A stretch of DNA of 64,000 nt from Octopus vulgaris. Taxonomy: Eukaryota. The notes under the pieces were generated by a model. That model saw nothing but the letters and a program-made list of their open reading frames with translations. It did not search any database and had not been told where the DNA came from. Where the stretch lies: positions 147,994,001 to 148,058,000 of the forward strand of contig OX597814.1 of NCBI GenBank assembly GCA_951406725.2. Reading direction: 5' to 3'. Positions 14,301-25,716 of the stretch are shown here, one piece after another (within the stretch, counting starts at the first letter, position 1; every line of letters begins with the position of its first letter). The position numbers and the translations under genes are program-made.

Positions 14301-15585
14301 TATTGATCGAGATTGATCATTGTCTGAATTTTCCCAAGAGTAGGACCAAGTGCAAATAAGCAATGCATTGCACTAGAGGAAGCGATCCTGCAATGATCTA
14401 GTGCAAGTAAAGAGTAACAAAGTTTTTCATACATTTGTTTTTCTTGACATCCTGACCGGCAGATGTTGCACCACAAGTTATCTCTGGTGATTTCAAGGAT
14501 GTCCAGTTCGCTTTTAGACATTTTTTATTCTAGAACATCAAAATGTGTAATAACAAAGCATATGTTCATATACATAATGATGTTTATTCATGCGTAAGCG
14601 TCTTTAGAAATTTGTCGCAAATTATCTGATAATTATCCATAATATATTTCGCATTGAATGAGCAATAACCATCGCGATAATGTAGTCCGTGAATTAACGC
14701 TTGTAGGAAACCTCAACACTAGACAATGGATATACTAGAAATTGTTATACTCAGTTCTATTGTTGGTTAGTAATGTTATAAAAGTTACCGTCCTACAATA
14801 TAGTTGGCTTGAATATATGTTTTTTTTGAAAGACTTCTGCGCCTAAGATGGTGATTTATATGCAATCAACATTAAATCTGTTACTTCATTTAATCATTGA
14901 AGTAGAAGGTACAATGTTGTTGCTGTTATCATAATTGTTATTGTTTTTCGTGCAATTCATGTCTCCGTTCTCTGCGACTTTGGTCTACGTAAGTATAGCC
15001 CTAGGCGCCTATGTTCAAAGATGTCCCTGCCTCAATCATCGCGTATTATTTTCTGTACAGCTATATCATTCAAATCTGTTTATCCTATAAGACAGGAGAG
15101 AGTAACTTTACGGAAATTTTGTTGCTATTGCTAACAGGTGGAACGACTGTTAAGCGTTTCTTAATAGCATCGTTCAACGAATTTTACCACGTGTAGTATC
15201 GATATAGTTCCAATTCAAATTCGCAATGAACTAATTTCGATAAGTAGATTTTATCGGCTTTATATCTATGACAGATGAAATGGTACAGCGGAGAGGCTTG
15301 AAAAAATATTAGGAAATTCTTCAATTTTTATTTGAAGCGGAAAGTGAAACTAGAGAGAGAACAGCTGGCATCCTGTTATTGCGCTTCAACATACATTCAC
15401 ACACCTCCCCACAGGCGCACACATACATACTTACATATTTTCATAAATACGTGTCTGTGTAAGAATGCATGCTCAAAAATGTGAATGTGTGTGCCTATAC
15501 GTGTACGTAGTAATGCACTTATGTAAATGCACACGTGTGTAATTGCGTATGTGTATATATGTATGCATATCTGTTATGTATATAC

Positions 15586-15651
<66 letters not shown>

Positions 15652-15669
15652 GTATCTTTCTCTGTATAA

Positions 15670-15800
15670 TCTAGTTGCAGTTTTATTAGACCCACAATCG
15701 TAAGGTCTGGGTTTTAATTCTTGGACAGACGACATGTTGTAATCTTGAGCAAAGCACTTCGTTTGACATTGCTCCATTGTAGGTAGCTGAAATGAATATA
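15670..15800 (+). mobile_element. Degenerate CORE-type SINE fragment
   Basis: caatcgtaagg...tgttgtaatcttgagcaaagcacttcgtttgacattgctcc is collinear with the copy at 31424. Confidence 0.55.
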
Positions 15801-16321
15801 AATTATAACCAGAGACTGCCCGTGGCCCAGACGAGTGTCCTGTTTAAGTGTATTCTTGAAATTTCACTAGCTTACATGATACGGAAATAGGTTAAATCTC
15901 CGGCCAAATGAAACAAATTTACTTTGTATCTATTTATATCCGTGTGTATATATCTATATGTAAGCATATATGAATTTATGAGTATATATATATGTACATA
16001 TGTGCAAATATGCGTATTTATGTAGGGATGTGTATGCATTGGTGACCGATTTGTGCGTGCGAAAATTCATTCTCTAATATTTTTTATTTATTTGCTTCTA
16101 TATTTGTATCTCATGTTATATCTCTCTATATGTTGCATTCCTATACGTGCTCGATTGAAATCACGATGAAGTCGACTGTCCCTTTCGTTCCAGTGGTGTC
16201 GTTAAGACAAAGTTCCACACGAATACTGGGCGTAGGTTTAATCGACTAACCGTTTTTAAAATTCTGGCATTCTGTTTATAATAAAGTAAATCATCATCAT
16301 CATCATCATCATTATAATTAT

Positions 16322-16532
16322 TTTGTGATGAAAACTCACAATTTATTTTGCTGGGCCTAATTGAGAATGTCAGCTGTACTCACCCAGCAGACTAAGGTGA
16401 CACTTGTCAACTGTACATGCTTCAAAAACCTTGCAAAGATTTCTTGCAGTCCTAAGCAACGCGGGTTTTTGTAGGTGTTCTATCTTCCCGCTTGTATAAA
16501 TCTTTTGGATCCATGTTGGTAGTTGAGGGCTG
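16322..16532 (-). mobile_element. 3' end of an R4/Dong-like (RLE-type) non-LTR retrotransposon inserted in (TAA)n
   Basis: The minus strand encodes KIEHLQKPALLRTARNLCKVFE, matching the C-terminal motif LQK.ALLGTARILRKVL of R4/Dong ORFs. A short 3' UTR follows, and AAT/ATG repeats flank both sides. Confidence 0.7.
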
Positions 16533-16567
16533 ATATTATTATTATTATTATTATTATCATCATCATT

Positions 16568-16775
16568 TGGAAAAATCATTAGCATGCATGCCGGTCAAAA
16601 TGCCTAGCAGCATTTCGTCCGTTTAAACGTTCTGTGTTTCAAATTCCACCATGGTCAGGTTTGCCTTTCATCCTTTCGGGATCAACGAAGTGAGTACCAT
16701 TTGCACACTGGGTTCAATGCCGTTGACTCGTGACATTTCTCGAGATTACTGGTCTTGTGACAAAATTTGAAACCT
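16568..16775 (+). mobile_element. tRNA-headed SINE, family A
   Basis: Carries the family body aaatgc.tagc..catttcgtcc...ttcaaattcc...gcctttcatcctttcggg...gtacc...ctggg...cttgtg.caaaatttgaaacc. Confidence 0.8.
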
Positions 16776-16928
16776 TTATTATTCTTATTACGCTGTCATC
16801 AAATTAGCCTTTCATCCTATCGGAGTCGAATCCATAAAGTACCAGGTAATAAGGTTGGTATAAGCGATCCTTTCTTCTAACAAATTGCTGACCTGGTAGC
16901 AAGATTTTCAGGGATTATCATTATTATT

Positions 16929-17450
16929 GAGTGATAGTGTAGAGCATGCCATCAAAGTGACACTGGGGTAAAATATACCCATCATGACTACCTGTCTGAT
17001 AAGGGTACACTAGGCACATGCATCACAACCATAAGTGCATGACATGGTGATATCAAGATAAACAGCGCATGACCTTGTAGGTGGGGGCCAGTTAGATTTT
17101 CTTCATGTCGAGTAGCCCATCCCACTCAAAAGGTCCTTTCATAAGGATTGTGTTAGGATGTTGAATAAAACACCCATGTTTCCAGAGGTAAATTATTCAA
17201 GCTCCAAATAATTCCTCACAATACATGCCTGTGATGCTACCCCACAACTTCTGCTCGTGATTAGCGATGCACATATCGTCAACCTCTAAGGGACATGCTG
17301 AACTGGTTAAGATCAACCAACTGACTAGCAAATCTGTGGTATTAAGCAGAATATTTGCAGTAGACCATCTTTTATACCAAGACAAAGCAATGTACATGAT
17401 AACACTTTTAATCAGTTAAGATTAGAAGCTATGAGAGCCACTGCCTGGTA
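16929..17450. repeat. Unclassified ~520-bp insertion bounded by (ATT)n and (TAA)n
   Basis: A block more GC-rich than its flanks, with sharp microsatellite boundaries. It is single-copy in this window, so repeat status is inferred. Confidence 0.35.
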
Positions 17451-17782
<332 letters not shown>

Positions 17783-17806
17783 TATTATTATTATTATTAT
17801 TATTCA

Positions 17807-18007
17807 GGCAGCAGGATGGTTAGCACGTCGGGCAAAATGCTTAACAGCATTTCGTCCATCTTTACGTCCTGTGTTATGTTTCTGCTGTAGTAGACGACTT
17901 TGCCTTTGATCCTTTCGGAGTCGATGGATTAAGTAGCAGTCAATCACTGGGAGTGATGTAAATGACTAGTAATTTCCCACCCAAATTTTAGGCCTTGTGC
18001 CTATAAG

Positions 18008-18042
<35 letters not shown>
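17807..18042 (+). mobile_element. tRNA-headed SINE, family A (tandem second copy) with (ATT)n tail
   Basis: Same body as 17571-17782, starting inside the ATT tail of that copy. Confidence 0.85.
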
Positions 18043-18044
<2 letters not shown>

Positions 18045-18090
18045 GGAGAGTATTATAGTTCACTTGAAGCATTGTGTGTTGTTTGTACAG

Positions 18091-19228
18091 AATAAAAACT
18101 TTTGAATCGTACAACAATGTACTATAATATAGACAATGGGCTATTTACCTGTTGTAATTTTTTTTATCCATAGTCTGATATGATATTTCGAAATTATATT
18201 CCATCTTCAGATATTCTTTGATGGAGTCGCTGTTATAATTGGTTTTCTAACGGCTTTTCTTTAATCATTTTTTGGAAGCGTCTCAGTAGTGGTCTCTCGA
18301 TGCTCCTTCCGGAATTCCTCATGAGAAGTGTGTGAGGTCAGCCATATCTCAAACTTGTGTGTACTGATACATCTGTAGCGCTGCTTCTAAGTTACGTATT
18401 ATATGTGCAGCTTCCTTTTTCCCCTTCTTTCTTTTTCTCTTCTCTTAATTTTTTTGTTAAAAACTGCAGATGGGCATAATATCCAAAATGAACCTACACG
18501 CATACATATGTATCTAAATAATGTATTGATTACCAACATGTAGCCTGTTGTCAATTTGGGGCCCTAGTCTGTGCATGAGTATAACTTCCTTAATTCTTAA
18601 ATTACACAAATTTCTTTCATTGGCCTCGATTGTGACTGTTATGTTTTTGTCGGTGTTCCAGCATCTGTCTAGATGTTTTCAGAAGGAGGAAGCCCTTGTG
18701 TTCAGATGATGTCTCATGTTCAGATGAGAGCTTCCTCCTTCTGAAAACATCTAGATAGATGCCGGAACACCGACACAAACATAACAGTCACAATTGAAGC
18801 CAATGAAAGAAATTTGGGTAATTTAAGAATTAAGGAAGCTATACATACTCAGACTAGGACCCCAAGCTGGAGGCTGGTAATCAATAAATTATTTAGATAC
18901 ATCTGGATACGTCTTGGTTCATTTTTAATATCATGCTCATCTGTAGTTTTTAACAGAAAAAAAAGAAAGGAGAAAAAGAAAGAAGGAAAAAAGGAAACTG
19001 CACGTATAAATAGGTAACTTAGAAGCAGCGCTATGGATGTACCAGTACACACGAGATTGAGACATGATCGACCTCACACACTTCTCATGAAGTTAGAAAA
19101 CCAGAAAGGGCCGTTAGAAAACCGATTATAACAGCGACTCCATCTAAGAATATCCGAAGAAGGAATATAATTCCGAGGTAAATAGCCCATTGTCTATATT
19201 ATAGTGCATTGTTGTATCATTCAAAACG

Positions 19229-19235
<7 letters not shown>
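18091..19235. repeat. Long imperfect inverted repeat (foldback): arms 18091-18693 and 18730-19235, 36-nt spacer
   Basis: For example gatgttttcagaaggaggaagc pairs with gcttcctccttctgaaaacatc, and actataatatagacaatgggctatttacct pairs with aggtaaatagcccattgtctatattatagt. The arms are collinear apart from indels. Confidence 0.95.
18178..18214 (-). ncRNA. Candidate minimal type-I hammerhead ribozyme motif
   Basis: Minus strand reads ATAT CTGAAGA T GGAA tataa TTTC GAAA TA TC ATAT: canonical core, 4-bp stem II, 4-bp stem I and palindromic AUAU helix III. Confidence 0.5.
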
Positions 19236-19295
<60 letters not shown>

Positions 19296-19318
19296 TTTAT
19301 TGGTGGTGGTAGTGGTGT

Positions 19319-19413
<95 letters not shown>
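19230..19413. repeat. (TTA)n and (CTA)n microsatellites
   Basis: Seen directly. Confidence 0.95.
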
Positions 19414-19420
19414 TTTCTAA

Positions 19421-19632
19421 GGCGGTGTGCTGGCAGGGTCGTTAGCACGCTGGACGAAATGCTTCGCAGTATTTCACTCGTCGCTGCGATATGAGTTCAA
19501 ATTTCGGTTTCGATAAATTAATTAGCAGTTGAGCACTGGGGTCGATGTGATCGACTATCCACCTACCCTAAATCTGAGGCTTTGTGCTTCCAGTAGAAAA
19601 GATTATTATTATTATTATTATCATTATTATTA

Positions 19633-19670
<38 letters not shown>

Positions 19671-19700
19671 GTTATTATCATCATTATTATTATTATTGTT
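19421..19700 (+). mobile_element. tRNA-headed SINE, family A (internal deletion) with long (ATT)n tail
   Basis: ggcggtgtgctggcagggtcgttagcacgctggacgaaatgc...gagttcaaatt...gagcactggggtcgatgt...agaaaagattatt. Confidence 0.85.
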
Positions 19701-20337
19701 ATCTTCCTGTTGTTGTGGTTAAAATGTATAGTAAATGGTATCATTTTCGTAATTTTAGTTGTTTGCGTTTAACGTAGTAGTCTTCCTATGTGTTTACATA
19801 TGCAGTAGTGCGTAAGTGCCTGTGTGTGTACTATACGTCTGTTTTAGACGTGTATGTGCATGCATTTGCGTACATTTGAAAACACATTGAAAATGAAAGT
19901 TTCCGATATTTTCAGTCGATTTTCGCATTGCAGCGATCTGCATGTGTACTTTGGAAAAATAAACATTTCCTAACGATCACATCCTCAAATATTGGTTAAA
20001 CACCGACCACGCCAACATTACCCATGCAGCTCGGAATAAAGCAACGGCAACAGCAACAACCCGAAATGTAAATAAAACTGTAAACCGCAATAATCTGCAT
20101 GCCATTTCTGAAATTTCAATTATTTATTGCATGTAAAAATTTGTTTTATTTTGGAATAAGATTGGAATAAGATTGTATACGTTAACAGTAACACTTTAAA
20201 AATTTAGCTGTTTCTCTATCCATATTATCTATATTTCTATGTGCATATATATATATACATACACACAAATATATATATATATATATATACATATACACAC
20301 GCACACACACAGACACACATATATATATATATATATA

Positions 20338-20972
20338 CTAGCAGTATCGCCCGGCGTTGCTCGGGTTTGTAAGGGAAATAACTATATAAGCATTTTTAAA
20401 GAGTTATGGCCAAAAAATAGCAAAAAATGCATTAAAAATGGAAAAAATATGATGGTAAATTTTTTTAAATCGTTGACTCATCGTACACATTTTTAGAGAG
20501 TTACTTCCCTTATATAATAGCGAAAAAATGCATTAAAATGGAAAAAAAACGATGGTAAATTTTTTTTTAAATCGTAGACTCATGTAGACGCTTTCTTAGC
20601 TATTTCTGTTTTGGTGTCTTCAAGCCATGAAGTCGTTGTTCTAAAAGAACACTGGTCTCCTTGACAACGCATTACGACGTTGATTTCCTTACACTCCCTT
20701 CCCCACAGGTGCAGGTGTGAGCGTGGACGCCAACTCCGCCGCCATCGACACACGAAAAATTATGCATTAAAATGGAATAAAAAATGATGTTAACTTATTT
20801 TTAAAATCGTAGACTCATCGTAGACGCGCGCTAATATTCAGACGGGCTCGATATGAATCACGACTATAAGCTACCCGAATTTGGTTAAACTGTACCGCAA
20901 AATGTGGGAGTAGTTAGGAATCTAAATCGAAGGGGACAGACACTCACACAACTACAGTTTTATATATATAGA
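20338..20972 (-). mobile_element. Non-autonomous Helitron with both termini intact
   Basis: Minus strand begins A|TCTATATATATAAAAC and ends cccgagcaacgccgggcgatactgCTAG|T. This gives the 5' TC, the 3' GC-rich hairpin plus CTAG, and an A|T insertion site. There are three internal copies of a ~65-bp aatgcattaaaatggaa...tcgtagactcat unit. Confidence 0.9.
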
Positions 20973-20979
20973 TATACAT

Positions 20980-21385
20980 AGCGCAGTAGTGGTGAGATAT
21001 GACAGCAAAGAAAAGCATACATTCACTCTCTGCATGCAATTAGACTCGGAAAGTTCGTGAGGAACTCGGAAAGTTCGTGAGGAACTCATTGACCCAATTT
21101 TCTGACTTTTCCGATAGCACACAGGTGTCAATGAATGGTTGAATGACCAAATCCAAGCTTCTCTGCTAGTTCCTCAACAGTTACGATGATATTTTGTTCC
21201 ACCAGGGTTTTCAGGATGTCCTTGTCGAGTTCTACAGATCTTTCAGGATGAGGCTCGTCTTCTAGGCTGTAGTTTATGGCTCGGGATTTCTGGAACCACC
21301 ATTGACACTGCCTTACGCTTATTGTCCAATCCCCATATACTGCATTAATATTTCTTGTACTTTGCACACATTTATATTCTGTTAT
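20980..21385 (-). mobile_element. Decayed mariner transposase fragment (N-terminal HTH domains to the WVPHEL linker)
   Basis: The ORF reads RNINAVYG...SVRQCQWWFQK...SLEDEPH...LVEQN...TVEELAEKLGFGHSTI, then RKLGQ*VPHELSESN (WVPHEL with TGG changed to TGA). A 20-bp tandem duplication lies at about 21044-21087. Confidence 0.85.
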
Positions 21386-21427
21386 TCTTTTATATGTTTC
21401 AGCCTTGAGGTTGTGGCCATGCTGGAT

Positions 21428-21429
<2 letters not shown>

Positions 21430-21467
<38 letters not shown>

Positions 21468-21665
21468 TATCTGTCTGTCTGTATGTATGTATATATGTAT
21501 ATGTATGTGTGTGAACAATAATATTTTCAACAGATGTGTTGCAAATGTATCTGATTGTTCTCAAGCTTCAATACTGTGTGTGTGTGTATGTGTGTGTGTG
21601 TATGTATGTATGTATATGTATGTATGTATGTATATGTATGTATGTATGTATGTGTGTATGTATGT

Positions 21666-21717
<52 letters not shown>

Positions 21718-21776
21718 CTGTATGTATGTATGTATGTATGTATGTATGTATGTATGTATGTATGTATGTATGTATG
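21430..21776. repeat. Compound (TG)n/(TATG)n microsatellite
   Basis: Seen directly. Confidence 0.95.
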
Positions 21777-21929
21777 AGTGTATGTTTACTTTATTACTAA
21801 TTACTCTCTTCCAAGAACATTTTCACTCACTCTTAGCTCTTAGCTTCCCATACATTTTACTCATGTATCTATCAGCGTCATAGACAGAATACTTTCACTT
21901 TAGTCTTCCTCAAATCACTCTGTCGCTAT

Positions 21930-22198
21930 TTACTTTCATTTTATTCGTTGCCCACTGTGTGTGTGCGTTTGCGTGTGGTGTAAACCAGACTAACAAAAGC
22001 ATTTGACACACACACCAGAAAGTGAGTTTTCTGTAAATTTTGCTTAATTGGAGTTTAAATTTTGAAAACTGGACCTGGCATGACGCGATGCATTGTACTC
22101 TCAAAAATGCTAGGTAAATTGAAATTGAAGAAATCCTATATTGTAGATTTGTATAACTCCCAAAGGGAGGCAGATAAAATCTGCCTTTTATAATAAGA
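21930..22198 (-). mobile_element. 5' segment of a second Helitron-like family (copy 1)
   Basis: Minus strand starts TCTTATTATAAAAGGCAG, a Helitron-type 5' TC plus AT-rich start. It is nearly identical to 23427-23695. No 3' CTAG end was located. Confidence 0.6.
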
Positions 22199-23031
22199 CT
22201 AGCAGAATTGCCCGGCGTTGCTCGGGGCTGAATTGCTTGAAAGTACTGTTAATGATTGCACTGAATTATGATGATTATTCAGGCAAATATTGAAATAAGT
22301 TTACGGTGGGAGATAAGGACTTAACGCCAAACGTGTGCCATTGCATTGTTTTGGGGGAACCAAATTTCTGATGAGCATTATAGGGGCACTAACTTTAAGT
22401 TTGAGAAAGTGTGGTGGTAGTCCGGGGTGCTCAAAGGAATTGAGTACCTCTATTGGATAGTTGATGACGTCCTCTGGGTCAGGAGTTGTATCGATAGACT
22501 GATATACATCGACTTCCCCAGGAATAAGTTTTAGCATTTCATCATTAATATGGTGAACAGTTTTATTCCTCGGGGCCAGTATAGCCTTTTTGCCAATCCA
22601 ATCCATATTCTGATAATTAGCTTGTAAATCTGGGAACACTGCATCTCTGAGATCAGAAGGCGTCTTAACAATGGTACAAATGGAATCGATGGCAATATTA
22701 CCATTTTCATCCCCTGGTATTTTGCCTTCGCCAAGTGCAAGGAGGGTGTGAGGAAATGCTGGTGATGTGATATTACGTCGCATATGAGCACGCATATTGG
22801 TGTGAAGTGAAGTTACTTTTTTTAAAATATGCATTAAAATGGAAAAAAATGATGGTAAATTATTTGTAAAATCATAGACTCATCGTAGACGCGCGCTAAT
22901 ACACAGAAGGGCTCGATATGAATCACGACTATAAGATACCCGGTTTTGGTTAAACTGCATCGCAAAATGTGGGAGTAGTTAGGAATCTAAATCGGAGTAG
23001 ACAGACACACAACCTTTCTTTTATATATAAA
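22199..23031 (-). mobile_element. Internally deleted Helitron carrying a RepHel helicase fragment
   Basis: 3' end cccgagcaacgccgggcaattctgCTAG|T. Its 5' ~200 bp match the Helitron at 20757-20972, with the terminal TC mutated to TT. Confidence 0.9.
22325..22820 (-). pseudogene. Pif1-family (Helitron RepHel) helicase fragment
   Basis: Translates to L.TNMR...LLALGEG...VFPDL...AILAPRN..V..IN...YQSID...YPIEVLNS....GLPPH.LKLKV.APIMLIRNL....CNGTRL, the hallmark Helitron helicase motifs. It is truncated at both ends. Confidence 0.92.
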
Positions 23032-23048
23032 TACATACATACACATAC

Positions 23049-23080
<32 letters not shown>

Positions 23081-23426
23081 ACATGCATACATACATATAC
23101 ACATAAACCGAGTAAAAATTTCAGTTATCTCTCTCTTTCACACATTACTCTCTCTGTCTCTTCACACACACTAACAGAAGCACTTCACTTACACAACATA
23201 CTGTCTGTCTCACACACTCCATCAAACACACACACACACACACACACACATGTACATCAATGAGTCCCATGCACGGTAACTTCAAAGGAACTTCCCTCGT
23301 CATACAATCGATTTCTCTTAGTCTCTTTCGCTCTCATTACTTATGTAAAAAAATAAAAGTTTTTTCTATGTGTGTAAAGAGGAAGTGGGAGGCAGAGTGA
23401 AAGAATCACTCACTACAGTAAGTGAA

Positions 23427-23692
23427 TTACTTTCATTTTATTCCTTGCCCACTGTGTGTGTGCGTTTGCGTGTGGTGTAAACCAGACTAAGAAAAGCATT
23501 TGACACACACACCAGAATGTGAGTTTTCTGTAAATTTTGCTTAATTGGAGTTTAAATTTTAAAAACTGGACCTGGCATGACGCGATGCATTGTACTCTTA
23601 AAACTGGTAGGTAAATTGTAATTGAAGAAATCCTATATTGTAGATTTGTATAACTCCCAAAGGGAGGCAGATAAAATCTGCCTTTTATAATA

Positions 23693-23695
<3 letters not shown>
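23427..23695 (-). mobile_element. 5' segment of a second Helitron-like family (copy 2)
   Basis: Near-identical to 21930-22198. It begins A|TCTTATTATAAAAGG at the edge of a (TA)n run. Confidence 0.6.
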
Positions 23696-23736
<41 letters not shown>

Positions 23737-23850
23737 AGAGAGAGAGAGAGAGAGAGAAAGAGAGATATATATATATATATATATATATAGGTACACATAG
23801 ATGTGTGTACACAGGTATGTACGTCGCTTCTATATATCTATATCTATCTA

Positions 23851-23897
<47 letters not shown>

Positions 23898-24030
23898 CAC
23901 ATAGAAATATGCACGCCAGCAGACGCACATATTCATTCAGCAATGGGTAGCATTGATGGGAGAGACATCCTGGGATACCTTTCCTTGTGTGAAACTAGAA
24001 CAACAGACGTCATATAACCACTATTTTACT

Positions 24031-24057
24031 TTAGAGTTAGGGTTAGGGTTAGGGTTA
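24031..24057 (+). repeat. Short interstitial TTAGGG-type run
   Basis: ttagag ttaggg ttaggg ttaggg tta. Confidence 0.8.
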
Positions 24058-25039
24058 AACACCAACCACGCCAACATTACCCATACAGCTAAGAATAAAG
24101 CAACTTTAACAACCCATCTCCACCAGTGACACCATCTAACATATTTAACTCTCTAAACAATAATTTGCAACTGTTGCGGTTTGGTTTGTTTATTTGCGTC
24201 TTTAACTGTCCAGTCTTGTATATCAGAAACTACTGAAGCTAGGAAGACTCAATATTTTATCAATCATTATAAAAAAAAGGAGATAAACAAAAGCTTTTGT
24301 TTGTGTATTGAAGAATTTTTGTATTTTAAGCAAGTCATCTAGCTATTAAATATTCTACACAGCTGATATTCAACATGTCATAAGCTGGGCGATTTACGAG
24401 TTCAACAACAAACAAAAACTTTTAAACGATAAAGAAAACGCCAGACGTACATAGCAACACACTATCAGATGTGTAGCTATTATTGTCAAAAGTGAAAATA
24501 AAACCTTGATATCTTTATCGTAAACTTTCGCATATACATTTACAGAGCAGCGCAGTACATTTCAAGTATAGGTTTAAGTAATTCGATATTTGAAAAAAAG
24601 AAATTAAGATATGAATAAATTGTAAGCCAAACAGAGGAAGTAGATGTTCAGGAAAGCAATATCTTTCAGGGAAATACGCATTTTAACCAGTTTGGTTTAA
24701 AGATATAAATTCCAATCTTTCTTATTTATATTCTCCAGGAATTCAATTCTAACATATCGTACAAAAGTTATTTCCCTTTCTTGTTTGCAGATTTAATCAC
24801 TCCGAGATGTTGCTAGCTACTAATTGATTAGATGATTTTTAATTATCGAAGATTAACGTTCCAGTAAATAATTACATACGTGGCCAACCGGCACTCGCTA
24901 TTGAATATTGCTTGGTAACTTGTACTGGACTTCTTGTTTTTATTGTCTTAAGTGTCTGTGTCATAACGAGCAGATATAGACCCCATCTCTTGACCCCCGC
25001 CTTGACAGTGGCACACCTACGATGTGGCACACTGTAATT

Positions 25040-25140
25040 TACATATAGACGTTAATTTAGCGTAGACTGGAGAAACATGAAATTAATGTCTCCCTGAAAA
25101 GCAATACACGACACCTGGTCCAGAAACTGAAATCTTGTCA
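25040..25140 (-). mobile_element. Degenerate CORE-type SINE fragment
   Basis: agactggagaaacatgaaattaatgtctccc is a decayed reverse complement of ggcactttatttcacgttgctccagtt. Confidence 0.4.
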
Positions 25141-25344
25141 TTACTATGAGTTCTCTCCTCATCGGCAAATATCTTTGCAACGTATGTGAGACACTACCTT
25201 ATTAATATGAACTTTCAGATGATAATGACAATGGGATATACATTCAAAACATTGACTCCATAGTTCACAAACATAGGTAAACGTTCATAGAACATAAATT
25301 ATAGATACAGACTAATATACCTTAGGCATTTACATACATACATA

Positions 25345-25716
25345 CACCATTATTCAGTTTTGTTCCAAGATTTCTTGTCGATAGAGAAAGGGCCGATTTC
25401 TAACCTTGATCTAAGGTTTCTTCATTGAAATTTCAACATCAACGGGGTATTTTTGTGTGTTTGTGCAGATTTAATGTTTTGTCTAATGTCTGTATTCTCA
25501 TGCATATAGTTGCGTGTCTGGACATGTTCATATATACCTCAATGATAAACGTCTGGAAAGTTTTACAGATTTTTACCTTTCCAGTGATAGCTTAGATTGT
25601 AGACTTCGAGTAAGCTTTCTACTATATGGGTTTGGAAGGTTTAATTTCTCAAGTTTGGTATTTAGGCAGTGTGTTACATATACCGGTGCCCCAATAATTA
25701 CAGGTATAAGCCTGTA
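25345..25716. mobile_element. Possible non-autonomous Tc1/mariner-type remnant
   Basis: A discrete block between (CATA)n and (TATG)n that ends in CCTG|TA, like the end of the element at 60069. The opposite TIR was not found. Confidence 0.3.

Noticed and set aside
14297-14521. 74-aa Cys-containing ORF as a possible exon
   Set aside because: No recognisable domain, no convincing splice context and no neighbouring exons.
18738-18775. Second hammerhead near the centre of the foldback (ctgaaaacatctagatagatgccggaac)
   Set aside because: A stem II-like hairpin exists, but both core strands deviate (CUGAAAA and GGAA) in both arms. It is at most a relic.
22301-22834. Host PIF1 helicase gene
   Set aside because: The fragment is enclosed by Helitron termini, lacks the N-terminal motifs and frameshifts after CNGTRL.
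24031-24057. Telomere or chromosome-fusion scar
   Set aside because: Only three perfect units, embedded in an apparent dispersed repeat.
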